A stretch of DNA of 64,000 bases from NCBI GenBank assembly GCA_951406725.2, contig OX597831.1, forward strand, positions 3,286,001 to 3,350,000, written 5' to 3'. This document shows positions 1 to 15,688 of this stretch, piece after piece (positions within the stretch are counted from its first letter, which is position 1; every line of letters begins with the position of its first letter). Origin of the DNA: Octopus vulgaris. Taxonomy: Eukaryota. Position numbers and translations under genes: made by a program. The notes under the pieces are model-generated. The model saw only the letters and a list, made by a program, of their open reading frames with translations. It was not told the DNA's origin and searched no databases.

Positions 1-627
1 TATATTGATATGTATGTCAATATAAATATGTATACATATATTTTTATACATGTAGATATACGTATATATATATATACATATATATACATATACATGTGTA
101 TATATTTGAGTATACATACATATGTGTATATATACATATGTGTATACATGCATACAAATACACATGTATATATATATATATACATGTATATACATATATA
201 TATGTTTGTGGATATATATATACCCATGTGTATATATATATATGTATATACATATATATATGTGTGTGGATATATATATATATACACATGTATATATATA
301 TATATATGTATATACATATATATATGTGTGTGGATATATATATATATACACATGTATATATATATATATATGTATATACATATATATATGTGTGTGCATA
401 TATATATATATACACGTGTATATATATATATTTATATATGTATATACATATATATGTGTGTGTGGATATATATATACACACATGTGTGTAAATATATATT
501 TAATACGTGTGTGTATTTATATATATATGCACATATACATGTATATATATATGAATACATGTATATTTATATACGTGCGCATATATATATATACATGTAT
601 TCATATATGTATATATATATATAAGTA

Positions 628-695
<68 letters not shown>

Positions 696-1015
696 GGTAT
701 ATATGTATATATATATATAGGTATATATATATATGTATATATATATATGTATATATGTATATATATATATATAGGTATATATGTATATATATATGTATAT
801 ATATATATATATAGGTATATATATATATATATATAGGTATATATGTATATATATATATAGGTATATATGTATATATATATATAGGTATATATGTATATAT
901 ATATATAGGTATATATGTATATATATATATAGGTATATATGTATATATATATATAGGTATATATGTATATATATATATAGGTATATATGTATATATATAT
1001 ATATAGGTATATATG

Positions 1016-1147
<132 letters not shown>

Positions 1148-1153
1148 GGTATA

Positions 1154-1709
1154 TGATTGATTGATTGATTCCAGTTTCAGCTTATGAGCTGTGGCCATGC
1201 TGGGGCACCGCCATTTGGTGTTGCTACTTGGTTTCACTTCATGGAGGCTTTCTAGCAACTGCTATTTGGTGCATGAGAGAGTTCGATGCAGCTGCCCTCA
1301 TCTGCCCCTCCTGCCGTGAAGTTGGTTCATCTGGGACACCTGACAGGAAGAGATCCAGCTCCATTTTAAAGACATCTGTATACACCCCATGCAGGTCTCT
1401 CAGGTTCATCGGGAGGATATTGAAGAGCTGTGGGCCTCGGAAGCCCAGGCTATCACAGAATCTTGTCCTACATCTTGATGGCAAGTTCGGTGTCCTAGGC
1501 ACCACGCAGTGGCGCCCAGTTCTGGCGTTTGCGTAACTCTCGATGCCAAAGTTCAGGACACTTCCCTCCAGGATCTTCCAGATGTATATTATGGCATATC
1601 TTTCCCGCCTACGCTCCAGGGAATATAATTTTAATCTCTTGAGTCTTTCCCAGTAGCTTACATTCTGCATAGAGGCTATCTTCTTCGTGTAGCTTCGTTG
1701 ATCGCCTCA
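1154..1709 (-). mobile_element. 5'-truncated CR1/L2-group LINE, 3' end (copy 1) with (AATC)n tail
   Basis: ORF 1239..1670(-) [32 protein letters not shown] is nearly identical to the ORF2 C-terminus at 8169-8600. Same 3' UTR; the tail reads TGATTGATTGATT on +. Confidence 0.93.
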
Positions 1710-1962
1710 TGTATATATATATATATAGGTATATATGTATATATATATATATAGGTATATATGTATATATATATAGGTATATATATATATATATATATAG
1801 GTATATATATATATATATGTATATATATATAGGTATATATATATATATATATATATATGGTATATATGTATATATATATATATATATAGGTATATATGTA
1901 TATATATATATATATATAGGTATATATGTATATATGTATATATATATATAGGTATATAGGTA

Positions 1963-1994
<32 letters not shown>

Positions 1995-2593
1995 GGTATA
2001 TATATATATAGGTATATATGTATATATATATAGGTATATATGTATATATATATATAGGTATATATGTATATATATATAGGTGTATATATATATATATAGG
2101 TATATATGTATATATATATAGGTGTATATATATATATATAGGTATATATGTATATATATATAGGTATATATGTATATATGTATAGGTATATATGTATATA
2201 TATATAGGTATATATGTATATATATATAGGTATATATGTATATATATATATAGGTATATATGTATATATATTTATATAGGTATATATGTATATATATTTA
2301 TATAGGTATATATGTATATATATATAAGTATTTATGTATATATATATATATATAAGTATATATATATATGTCTATATAAAGTATATATATATGTCTATAC
2401 ATATGTATATATATGTCTATATATAAGTATATATATGTCTATATATAAGTATATATAAATGTCTATATATAAGTATATATATATGTCTACATATATGTAT
2501 ATATATATGTCTTTATATAAGTATATATATGTCTATATATATGCCTATGCATATATATATACATATATATATGCATGTATACGTATATGTATG

Positions 2594-2640
<47 letters not shown>

Positions 2641-3247
2641 ATATGTATATATATATATGTTTACGTATATGTATATATATATATATGTGTATATGTGTAT
2701 ATATATGTATACGTATATGTGTATATATATGTATACGTATATGTATATATATATATGTCTATATGTGTATATATATATATATATAGATAGATAGATATGT
2801 ATAGTTATATATATGTATACAGATATACAGATGTATACACATATATAGATGTATACGCATATATATATATATAGATGTATACACACATATATAAGCATGT
2901 TTACACATATATATATACATGTTTACACACATTTATATATGTGTATACATAAGTATACACCCATATATATATGTATGTATATATATATATGTTTGTATAT
3001 ATATATGTATGTGTATATATATATATGTATGTGTATATATATATGTATGTATATATATATATGTATGTATATATATATATGTATGTATATATATATATAT
3101 ATATATGTATGTATATATATATGTATATATATATATGTATATATATATGTATATATATATATGTATATATATATGTATATATATGTGTATATATATGTAT
3201 ATATATATATATGTATATATATATGTATCTATATATATATGTGTATA

Positions 3248-3281
<34 letters not shown>

Positions 3282-4001
3282 TATATGTATATATATGTAT
3301 CTATATATATATGTATGTATATATATGTGTATATATATATATATGTATGTATATATATGTGTATATATATATATATGTATGTATATATATGTGTATATGT
3401 ATATATATGTGTATATATATATATGTATGTATATATATGTGTATATATATATATGTATGTATATATATGTGTATATATATATATGTATGTATATATATGT
3501 GTATATATATATGTATGTATATATATGTGTATATATATATATGTATGTATATATATGTGTATATATATATATATGTATGTGTATATATGTGTATATATAT
3601 ATATATGTATGTATATATATGTGTATATATATATATATATGTATGTATATATGTGTATATATATGTATGTATGTATATATATGTGTATATATATATATAT
3701 ATGTATGTATATATGTGTATATATATGTATGTATATATGTGTATATATATATATATATGTGTATATATATATATATATGTATATGTGTATATATATATAT
3801 ATATATGTATGTATATATATGTGTGTATATATATATATATGTATGTATATATATGTGTATATATATATATGTATGTATATATATGTGTATATATATATAT
3901 ATGTATGTATATATATGTGTATATATATATATGTATGTATATATATGTGTATATATATATATGTATGTATATATATGTATATATATATATATGTATGTAT
4001 A

Positions 4002-4046
<45 letters not shown>

Positions 4047-4296
4047 ATATATGTGTATATATATATATATGCATGTGTGTATATATATGTGTATGTATAT
4101 ATATATGCATGTGTGTATATATATGTGTTTATATATATATATGCATGTGTGTATATATATGTGTATATATATATATATGCATGTGTATATATATATATAT
4201 ATATATATGATGTATATATATATGGATGTATATATATGTATGTATATATATATATATATGATGTATATATATGTATGTATATATATATATGTATGT

Positions 4297-4369
<73 letters not shown>

Positions 4370-4417
4370 TGTATGTATATATGTATGTATATATGTATGT
4401 ATATATATATGTATGTA

Positions 4418-4453
<36 letters not shown>

Positions 4454-4809
4454 TATATGTATGTATGTATGTATGTATATATGTATGTATGTATATATGT
4501 ATGTATATGTATATATGTATGTATATGTATATATGTATGTATATGTATGTATGTATGTATATATGTATGTATATATGTATGTATATATATATGTATATAT
4601 ATGTATGTGTATATGTATATATATGTATGTATATATGTATGTATATATATATGTATATATATGTATGTGTATATGTATATATATGTATGTATATATGTAT
4701 GTATATGTATATATGTATGTATATATATATGTATATATATGTATGTATGTATATATATATGTATATATATGTATGTATGTATATATATATGTATATATAT
4801 GTATGTATG

Positions 4810-4913
<104 letters not shown>

Positions 4914-4955
4914 CATATGTATGTATATATATATATGTATATATATATATGTATG

Positions 4956-4995
<40 letters not shown>

Positions 4996-5405
4996 TATAT
5001 GTATGTATATATATATATGTATATATATATATGTATATATATATGTATGTATATATATGTATATATGTATGTGTATATATATATATGTATGTGTATATAT
5101 ATATGTATGTGTATATATGTATGTATGTATATATATATGTATGTGTATATATGTATGTATGTATATATGTATGTATGTATGTATATATATATATGTATGT
5201 ATATATATATATATGTATGTATATATATATATATGTATGTATATATATATATATGTATGTATATATATATATATATGTATGTATATATATATGTATGTAT
5301 ATATATATGTATGTATATATATATGTATGTATGTATATATATATGTATGTATGTATATATATATGTATGTATATATATATATGTATGTATATATATATGT
5401 ATGTA

Positions 5406-5438
<33 letters not shown>

Positions 5439-5573
5439 ATATATATGTATGTATATATATATATATGTATGTATATATATATGTTTATATATATGTTTGT
5501 ATATATGTATATGTATGTGTGTATATAATTATATATATGTATATATTTATATATGTATAAATATATATATATA

Positions 5574-8500
5574 AACTTAAACTCACAGATGGGACTATCC
5601 ACAATACACAAGATCGCCACAACAAATAGACCCAAGGTGGACACCACTGGCAACAACTTACGCATCACCTCGATGCTCCTAATGAATATCAGAGGACTGC
5701 TAACACTTTCTTAGGAGACCTTTTTGCATGCAATCAATTCTTATGCATAGCACTTACGGAAACACACCTGAAACTGGACATAGCAGATGCGGAAATACAC
5801 ATACCACAGTATGTTGTATTACGGACCGATAGAAAAGAAAGGAGTCATGGTGGAGTTGCTATGTACATCCTCGAGGACCTCACACCCCAGGTCCTTTTGT
5901 CATACTCAAATTCGGTGTGTGATACACTAATTGTACATATAAGGCAACTTGGTGTAGTTATATGTGCTACATATCGCCCTCCAGATGCTCCAAGCCATGT
6001 AGGCAAGTTTGAAGACTGCCTTACAAAATAGAAGTTCTAATCACATTAGAACAACACATAAGTGTGCTTCTTATGGTAGACTTCAATCTGCCCAATGTCA
6101 GATGGCCCAAGGGCCTTTCTCTCCCAGGAATGACACGATGCGAACGAGGACAGGCGAGGTCCCTCCTGAACCTCATCAACACTCTGTACATGGAGCAAAT
6201 AATACTCCAACCAACCAACCAGGGCAGGTAACATACTGGATCTCTGCTTCACAAATAATATGGATCTCATCCATAATGTGAAAGTGACACCGACACTGCT
6301 CTCGGATCACAACATGGTAGAGATGACCATGTACGGGCCAAAGGAAAGCATGGACATGCAGTCTACAAGAAACTCTCAGAATCTTTCCAGCTTGAACTTC
6401 CATAAGGCAAACTGGAAACAAATTGAGAAAGAGATCCTCAAACAAAACTGGCTTGAATGTCTCTCCTCGCCAGGCATCGACATGAAACTTCAACAATTCA
6501 TGTCTGTAATGCAAGCCATATGCTACAAATGTGTCCCAGAGAGAAAGGCCACTGTACAGAAGAACAAAATCCCCAGATAGAGGAAAATTCTTATGAGACG
6601 GCGTACAAGTTTCAAATCGCCTAAACAAACAAATTGAAAGCAGTGAAAAGTCCCGCCTGAAAATAAAACTGTTGGAAATCGAAAAATGTCTGCAACGCTC
6701 CCATGAAAAAGAAAGTGCAGACAAAGAAGCCTGGGCTATAGACAACATAAAATCTAACCCCAGAGCTTTCTACAAGGTTGCCAAAGAAACAGCTACGGTG
6801 CACTGTAGGATAGGGCCACTCCTTGAAAAAGATGGTACACTCACAGGAAATCCAATGAGGATAAGTGAAATATTAAATGAGCAATTCAAAAGTATTTTCA
6901 CTCCACTCCTAGGGCATTTTCAAGTCAGCAATCCAACTGACTTCTTTACCACTGCCGATATAAAATCAGAGGCAATGATGATTGATTACATCAATATAAA
7001 GGAAGATGATGTAATAAAGGCTATAGATGAAATGAACCCAAACTCAGCTACTGGCCCCGATGGATTCCCAGCAATCCTTCCTAAAAGTATGTAAGAGAGT
7101 CCTAACAAGACCACTGCAGTTCCTCTTTCAGAGCTTCCTTGCTACTGGCAAACTTCCAAGAAAACTGAAAGACGGTAAAATATGCCCTATTCATAAAGGA
7201 GGTAGCAGAGCGGAGGCCAAGAACTACAGACCTATCTCTCTGACCTCACACATCAGCAAGGTCATAGAACGAATGGTCAGAAGGAAACTAATTGCCTTTC
7301 TTGAAGAAAATAACTTGCAGCCTGACACCCAACATGGTTTCCGAACAGGAAGAAGCTGCCTAACTCAGCTCCTACAACACTATGACTGGGTGCTGAAACA
7401 ACTGCTCAACCACGCAAATGTGGAAGTGATATGTCTCGACTTTGCAAAAGCCTTTGATAAAGTCGATCATGGAATGATATGTCACAAACTGCGTGATCTT
7501 GGCATAGCTGGAAAATTCGGAGAATGGCTTCATGACTTTCTGAAGGATAGAAGTCAGGTGGTAGTAGCCAATGGGGCCACCTCCATTAACATGCGAATAA
7601 TGAGCGGTGTTCCGCAGGGCATTGTTTTGGGACCACTACTGTTCATAATGGCCCTCTCGGACATGCCCTCAGCCACGCAGAGAGCCACGATCACAAGTTA
7701 TGCAGATGATACAAAAGTTTCACTGGTAATACAGAACCCTGAAGACACTATGCACCTGCAATGTGAGCTGGACAAAATATACAAGTGGGCTGAAAAGAAT
7801 AGCATGCAGTTCAATGCTGAAAAGTTTCAAGCTTTATGCTATCAGCATGCAAAACTAAATGCAATACCCAATAAGTACACTGGACCTGGAAGGATTGCAA
7901 TCCCAGAGGCACAATCAGTGCGAGACCTGGGTATTTACATGAGTGATGATGCAACCTTTCATGTGGATGTTGCTAAATTGGCAATGAAATGTAGGTGGCT
8001 GACCGGATGGATTCTTAGAACCTTTAGAACAAGAGACCAGGAAACCATGATGGTCCTCTGGAGGACACTTGTCCTAAACCACTTTGACTATTGCTCTCAG
8101 CTATGGTCACCATCCAGTGTCAAGTTAATCACAGAACTTGAGGCGATCCAACGAAGAAGATAGCCTCTGTGCAGCATATAAGCTACTGGGAAAGACTCAA
8201 GAGATTAAGTCTCTATTCCTTAGAGTGTAGGCGAGAAAGATATGCCATGATATACATCTGGAAGATGCTAGAAGGACTTGTCCCAAACTTTGGCATTGAG
8301 TGTTACACAAATGCCAGAACTGGGTGCCACTGCATAGTGCCAAGGACTCCAAATTTGCCATCAAGATGTAGGACAAGATACTGTGATAGCCTGGGCTTCC
8401 GAGGCCCACAGCTCTTCAATATCCTCCCGAAGAACCTAAGAGACCTGCATGGGGTGGATGCAGATGTCTTTAAAATAAAACTGGATCTCTTCTTGTCAGG

Positions 8501-8689
8501 TGTCCCAGATAAACCAACTTCACGGCAGGAGGTGCAGATGAGGGCAGCTGCATCGAACTCTCTCATGCACCAAATGGCAATTGCTAAAAAGCATTCATGA
8601 AGTAAAATCATGTAGCAACACCAAATGGCGGTGCCCCAACATGGCCACAGCTTGTGAGCTGAAACTAGATAAAAAAATAAAAAATAAAA
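5574..8689 (+). mobile_element. CR1/L2-group non-LTR retrotransposon, near-complete ORF2 (APE endonuclease + RT), inactivated by frameshifts and stops (copy 2)
   Basis: APE motifs LMNIRGL, ALTETHL, RTDR..GGVA, YRPP and SDHN at 5680-6315. RT motifs NYRPISLTS, QHGFR, LDFAKAFDKV, GVPQG.VLGP, YADD and RDLG in 7060..8163. C-terminal YWERL..L.LYSL..RRER, then 3' UTR and A-rich tail. Exact clade not determined. Confidence 0.95.
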
Positions 8690-8776
8690 TGTAGGTGTAT
8701 ATATATATATATATATATATGTAGGTGTGTATATATATATATATATGTAGGTGTGTATATATATATATATATGTAG

Positions 8777-8859
<83 letters not shown>

Positions 8860-9063
8860 GGTGTATATATGTATATATATATGTAGGTGTATATATGTAT
8901 ATATATATGTAGGTGTATATATGTATATATATATGTAGGTGTATATATGTATATATATATGTAGGTGTAAATATGTGTAGGTGTATATATGTATATATAT
9001 ATGTGTAGGTGTATATATATATATATTGTAGGTGTATATATATATATATATTATATATATATA

Positions 9064-9107
<44 letters not shown>

Positions 9108-9145
9108 GGTATATATATATATATATATATGTAGGTGTATATATG

Positions 9146-9180
<35 letters not shown>

Positions 9181-9271
9181 GTAGTATATATATTGTAGGT
9201 GTATATATGTATATATATATGTGTAGGTGTATATATGTATATATATATGTGTAGGTATATATATATATATA

Positions 9272-9304
<33 letters not shown>

Positions 9305-9359
9305 GTGTGGTGTATATATATATATATATATTGTGTATGTATATATATATATATATATG

Positions 9360-9408
<49 letters not shown>

Positions 9409-9764
9409 ATGTGTATATATATATATATATGTGTGTATATATATGTATATATATATATATGTGTAGGTGTATATATATATATATATATATATGTGTAGGT
9501 GTATATATATGTATATATATATATATGTGTAGGTGTATATATATGTATATATATATATGTGTAGGTGTATATATATGTATATATATATATGTGTAGGTGT
9601 ATATATATGTATATATATATATGTGTAGGTGTATATATATATATATATATGTGTAGGTGTATATATATATATATATATGTGTAGGTGTATATATATATAT
9701 ATATGTGTAGGTGTATATATCTATATATATATATGTAGGTGTATATATCTATATATATATGTAG

Positions 9765-9796
<32 letters not shown>

Positions 9797-10449
9797 GCAG
9801 ATGTATACATGTAGATGTATTTATACATGTGTTTATATCTATATGTGTGTATATATGTATGTACATGTGTATATATATATATATATACATCTATATTTAT
9901 CTATGTGTATGTACATGTTTATATATGTACATCTATATTTATATATATGTACATTGATATTTATCTATAGTTATACATATGTACAACTATGTATATATCT
10001 ATATGTACATGTATATATATATCTATAAGTCTATATATGTACATTTATATGTATATATATATATATGTATATACATATATATATGTATATACATATATAT
10101 ATGTATATACATATATATATGTATATACATGTATATATATGTATATATATATGTATATACATGTATATATATGTATATATATATGTATATATATATGTGT
10201 ATATATATATGTATATATATATATGTATATATATATATGTGTATATATATATATGTGTATATACATATATATATGTATATACATATATATGTATATACAT
10301 ATATGTATGTATGTATATATATATATTTGTATATACATATATGTATGTATATATATATATTTGTATATACATATATGTATGTATATATATATATATATGT
10401 ATATACATATATGTATGTATATATATATATATATATATATGTATATACA

Positions 10450-10489
<40 letters not shown>

Positions 10490-10567
10490 TGTATATATAT
10501 ATATATATATGTATATACATATGTATGTATATATATATATATATATATGTATATACATATATGTATG

Positions 10568-10602
<35 letters not shown>

Positions 10603-10603
10603 G

Positions 10604-10686
<83 letters not shown>

Positions 10687-10907
10687 ATATATATATGTAT
10701 ATACATATATGTATGTACATATATGTATGTATATATATATATGTATATACATATATGTATGTACATATATGTATGTATATATATATATGTATATACATAT
10801 ATGTATGTATATATATATGTATATACATATATGTATATATATATATGTATATATATATGTATATACATATATGTATGTATATATATATGTATATACATAT
10901 ATGTATG

Positions 10908-10941
<34 letters not shown>

Positions 10942-11585
10942 TATATGTATATATATATGTATGTGTATATATATATATATACATGCATATATATATATAT
11001 GTATATGTATATATGTATATGTATATATATGTATGTATATATATGTATATATATATATATGTATGTATATATGTATGTATATGTATATATGTATATATGT
11101 ATGTATGTATATGTATATATGTATGTATATATGTATGTATATATATATATGTATATGTATATATGTATGTATATATGTATATATATGTATATGTATATAT
11201 GTATGTATATATGTATGTATATATGTATATATATGTATATGTATATATGTATGTATATATGTATATATATGTATATATATATATGTATATGTATATATGT
11301 ATGTGTATATGTATATATATATATGTATATATGTATATATATATGTATATATGTATATATATATATGTATGTATATATGTATGTATATATATATATGTAT
11401 GTATATATATATGTATGTATGTATATATATATGTATATATATATATGTATGTATATATATATGTATGTATATATATATGTGTATATATATATGTATATAT
11501 ATATATGTATGTATATATATATGTATATGTGTGTATATATATGTATGTATATATGTATGTATGTATATATATGTATGTATATATG

Positions 11586-11644
<59 letters not shown>

Positions 11645-11960
11645 GTATGTATATATATATGTATGTATGTATATATATATGTATGTATATATATATGTAT
11701 GTATATATGTATGTATGTATATATATATATGTATGTATATATATATGTATGTATATTTATATATATGTATATATATATATGTGTGTATATGTATATATAT
11801 ATGTATGTATATTTATATATATGTATATATATATATGTGTGTATGTGTATATACGTGTGTGTGTGTGTATATATATGTGTTTATATGTATGTGCATATAT
11901 GTATAAATATATCCATGTGTGTGTATATATATATATATATTATGATAATATATATATATG

Positions 11961-12510
11961 TGAGGCGATCCAACGAATCTACAGGAAGAAGATAGCCTCT
12001 GTGCAGCATATAAGCTATTGGGAAAGACTCAAGAGATTGAGACTCTATTCCTTAGAGCGTAGGCGAGAGAGATATGCCATGGTATTCATCTGGAAAATCT
12101 TAGAAGGACTTGTCCCAAACTTTGGCATCGAGAGTTACAGAAATGCCAGAACTGGGTGCCACTGCATAGTGCCAAGGACTCCAAATTTGCCATCAAGATG
12201 TAGGGCAAGATACTGTGATAGCCTGGGCTTCCGAGGCCCACAACTCTTCAATATCCTCCCGAAGAACCTAAGAGACCTGCATGGGGTGGATACAGATGTT
12301 TTTAAAATGAAACTGGATCTCTTCTTGTCAGGTGTCCCAGATAAACCAACTTCACGGCAGGAGGTGCAGATGAGGGCAGCTGCATCGAACTCTCTCATGC
12401 ACCAAATGGCAATTGCTAAAAAGCACTCGTGAAGTAAAATCATGTAACAACACCAAATGGCGGTGCCCCAGCATGGCCATAGCTTGTGAGCTGAAACTAG
12501 ATAAATAAAA

Positions 12511-12515
<5 letters not shown>
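11961..12515 (+). mobile_element. 5'-truncated CR1/L2-group LINE, 3' end (copy 3)
   Basis: [26 protein letters not shown]...AKKHS followed by a 3' UTR almost identical to 8139-8689. Confidence 0.94.
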
Positions 12516-12557
<42 letters not shown>

Positions 12558-12560
12558 CAC

Positions 12561-15228
12561 AAAGTTGTTAGGGCAAAGAATCAGGCCTGGAAAGCCCAGA
12601 AGGATGGTGGTAGCAGGGAACGGGACAAGGTAGCCAGAATGGAGCCTGGGCGGCAGGTATACATAGCCAAGGGCGAAGCAGAAAAGAAGAAGTTTTCCAA
12701 CGTCTAGAGACGTGAGGACGAAAGAACTGAGATATTTCGGATTGCAAGACAGTGTGCGCGAGAAAATTGCGATGTCACAGGAGAGAAATGTGTTCCAGTG
12801 GATGATGGTTCACTTGCTTTTAATGATTCTGAAAAGAAAGAGGCTTGGAGAAGCCATTATGAAATACTGCTGAATGTGGAGAATGAATGGGAGGAGGAGA
12901 TCCTGCCAACTGTTGACCCAGTAGAAGGACCAGCTATCCTAATAAACAGCTCCCTAGTAGATAGAGCAATTAAGGGTATGAAGCCAGGAAAAACCCCTGG
13001 CCCATCAGGAATCACTGCTGAGATGCTTAAAGCATCTGTTGATGTGGGCTTTGGCCTAGTCACACGCATCGTAAACCAGGTAGTACATAACGGAGTCATA
13101 CCCAATGACTGGCGTAGCAGCACCATAGTCAACTGCTACAAGGGTAAAGGTGATGCTTTAGATAGAAATAACTACAGGGGTTTTAAACTGCTGGATCATT
13201 TGATGAAGGTCACATAGTCCATCTCATTAGGGAGAGAGTCTGCTTAGATGAGATGCAGTTCGGTTTTGTTCCGGGTAGAAGCACCACTGATGCCATACTC
13301 CTGGTTTGACTACTGCAGGAGAAATACCTATTTAAAGATAAAACCCTCTACTTAGCTTTAGTGGACATGGAGGAAGCCTTTGACAGGGTCCCCCGATCCC
13401 TTATCTGGTGTGCAATGCGGAAACTGGAGATTGACGAATGGTTGATAAGGGCTGTACAGGCCCTATACAGAGAGGCCGTTAGTAAGGTTAGGATTAGCAA
13501 CGAGTATAGTGAAGAATTCCGGGTAGAAGTAGGGGTCCACCAAGGTTCAGCCCTTAGTCCCCTTCTATTCATCATAGTCCTCCAGGCAATAACAGAAGAA
13601 TTCAAAACAGGTTGCCTCTGGGAGCTCCTGTATACTGATGACCTGGCCCACATAGCAGAATCACTACCGGAAATAGAAAAGAAATTTCGGGTGTGGAAGC
13701 TAGGTTTAGAATCAAAAGGCTTTAGAGTAAATGTAGCAAAGACCAAAGTTATAGTAAGCAGAAAGGCGAACTCGTCACACATACCCTCATGTAGGTGGCC
13801 CTGCTTGATCTGTAGAAAAGGTGTAGGTAGAAACTTCATAAGATGTACCCAGTGTAAGCTATGGACGCATAAGAGGTGCAGCAACATCAAAGGAAAACTA
13901 ACTGAGAAGATAGCTTTCATGTGCGGCAGATGCACAGGGGCAATAGACACCACAGATACTCAGAAAACAGATTCCATCACATTCCAGGGGGAGAAACTAG
14001 AAGTAGTTGATAGTTTCCGCTACCTAGGTGGCCAAGTTAGTAGTGGAGGTGGATGCTCAGAGAGTGTCACCACTAGAATATGAATAGCCTGGGCAAAGTT
14101 TAGAAAGCTCCTAACCCTGACAAAGGGTCTCTCGCTCAGATTGAAAGGTAGATTGTACGATGCATGTGTGCAAACTGCCATGCTTCAGGGTAGTGAAACA
14201 TGGGCTGTGACCGCAGAGGACATGCGTAGGCTTGAAAGAAAGGAAGCTAGCATGGTCCGCTGGATGTGTAATGTCAGTGTGCACACACGACAGAGTGTAA
14301 GCGCCCTGAGAGAAATGCTGGACATAAGAAGCATCAGATGTGGTGTGCAAGAGAGACGTTTGCGCTGGTATGGTCATGTACTGTGGATGGATGAGGAGAG
14401 ATGTGTGAAAACGTGCCACTCCTAAACAGTTGAAGGTATCAGGGGGAGAGGTAGACCCAGGAAGACATGAGATGGGGTGGCCAAGCATGACCGAACGTTG
14501 GGCCTCACAGAGGCAATGACGAAAGACCGAGATCTCTGGAGATATGCTGTGACTGCAAAGACCCAACAAATGATGTGAGTTCATGGCTTGTTTCCTGCAC
14601 CAGTTTCGCATAACCCCAGCTCATCCAAAGTACCTTGGATTGCAGAACGACATGCTGTGCTTACCTTCAATGGTAGACTGACCTGTTATGCTTGAGAAGA
14701 CCTATTGAGTCAAGTACATAAACATCAAGATCAAAATAAATATCAAATGGTGATTGTAGTTGTGATACCTGTGGCGGTGGCACGTAAAATGCATCATCTA
14801 TGTGTGGCTGATGTATGTATATATTTATGTATGTATGTATGTATGTATATACGTATGTATACATATGTATGTATGTATATGTGTATATACGTATGTATAC
14901 ATATGTATGTATATATATGCATGTATATGTATGTATATATATATGCATGTATATGTATGTATATATATGCATATATATGCATGTATATATATGCATGTAT
15001 ACATATGTATATATATATATATATATGCTTCGTCTGGCACCTGTGTCGGTGGCACATAAAATCACCCACTACACTCTCGGAGTGGTTGCCGTTAGGAAGG
15101 GCATCCAGCTGTAGAAACACTGCCAGATCTGACCAGCCTGGTGCAGCCTTCGGGCTTGCCAGACCCCAGTTGAACCGTCCAACCCATGCTAGCATGGAAA
15201 GCGGACGTTAAACGATGATGATGATGAT
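12561..15228 (+). mobile_element. 5'-truncated RTE-clade LINE: RT pseudogene, 3' UTR and (GAT)n tail
   Basis: RT motifs GK.PGPSGI..EML, IPNDW, KGKGD...NYRG.KLL, QFGFVPGRSTTDAI, DMEEAFDRVPR, GVHQGSALSPLLF, LLYTDDL, FRYLG, GSETW and RRLRWYGHV, broken by stops and frameshifts. The 3' UTR runs through a TA tract (about 14813-15026) into the GGACGTTAAAC(GAT)n tail. Confidence 0.92.
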
Positions 15229-15301
15229 ATGTATCTATACATACGTATGTATATATAAGTATCTATATATATGTGTATATATTTCTACGTACATATTTGT
15301 A

Positions 15302-15339
<38 letters not shown>

Positions 15340-15608
15340 GAATATATATGTGTGTGTGTATATATATGGGTATATATATATATGTGTGTGTATATACGAG
15401 CATGTTTATATATGTATGTATACGTATGTATATATATATATGTATGTATACGTAGATATATATATATGTATGTATACGTAGATATATATATATATATGTA
15501 TACGTAGGTATATATATATGTATGTATACCTATGTATATATATATATGTATGTATACCTATGTATATATATATATGTATACTTATGTATATATATATGTA
15601 TGTATACT

Positions 15609-15645
<37 letters not shown>

Positions 15646-15648
<3 letters not shown>

Positions 15649-15688
15649 CATGGCCGCAGCTCTGAGCTGAAACTAGAGGAAAAAAAAA
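15646..15688 (+). mobile_element. ~40-bp tail stub of the CR1/L2-group LINE family
   Basis: CAGCATGGCCGCAGCTCTGAGCTGAAACTAG plus poly(A) matches the LINE 3' terminus at about 8637-8689. Confidence 0.8.

Noticed and set aside
9979-12432. 817-aa ORF fusing a YI repeat to a LINE C-terminus
   Set aside because: Chance in-frame junction of microsatellite and truncated LINE copy 3.
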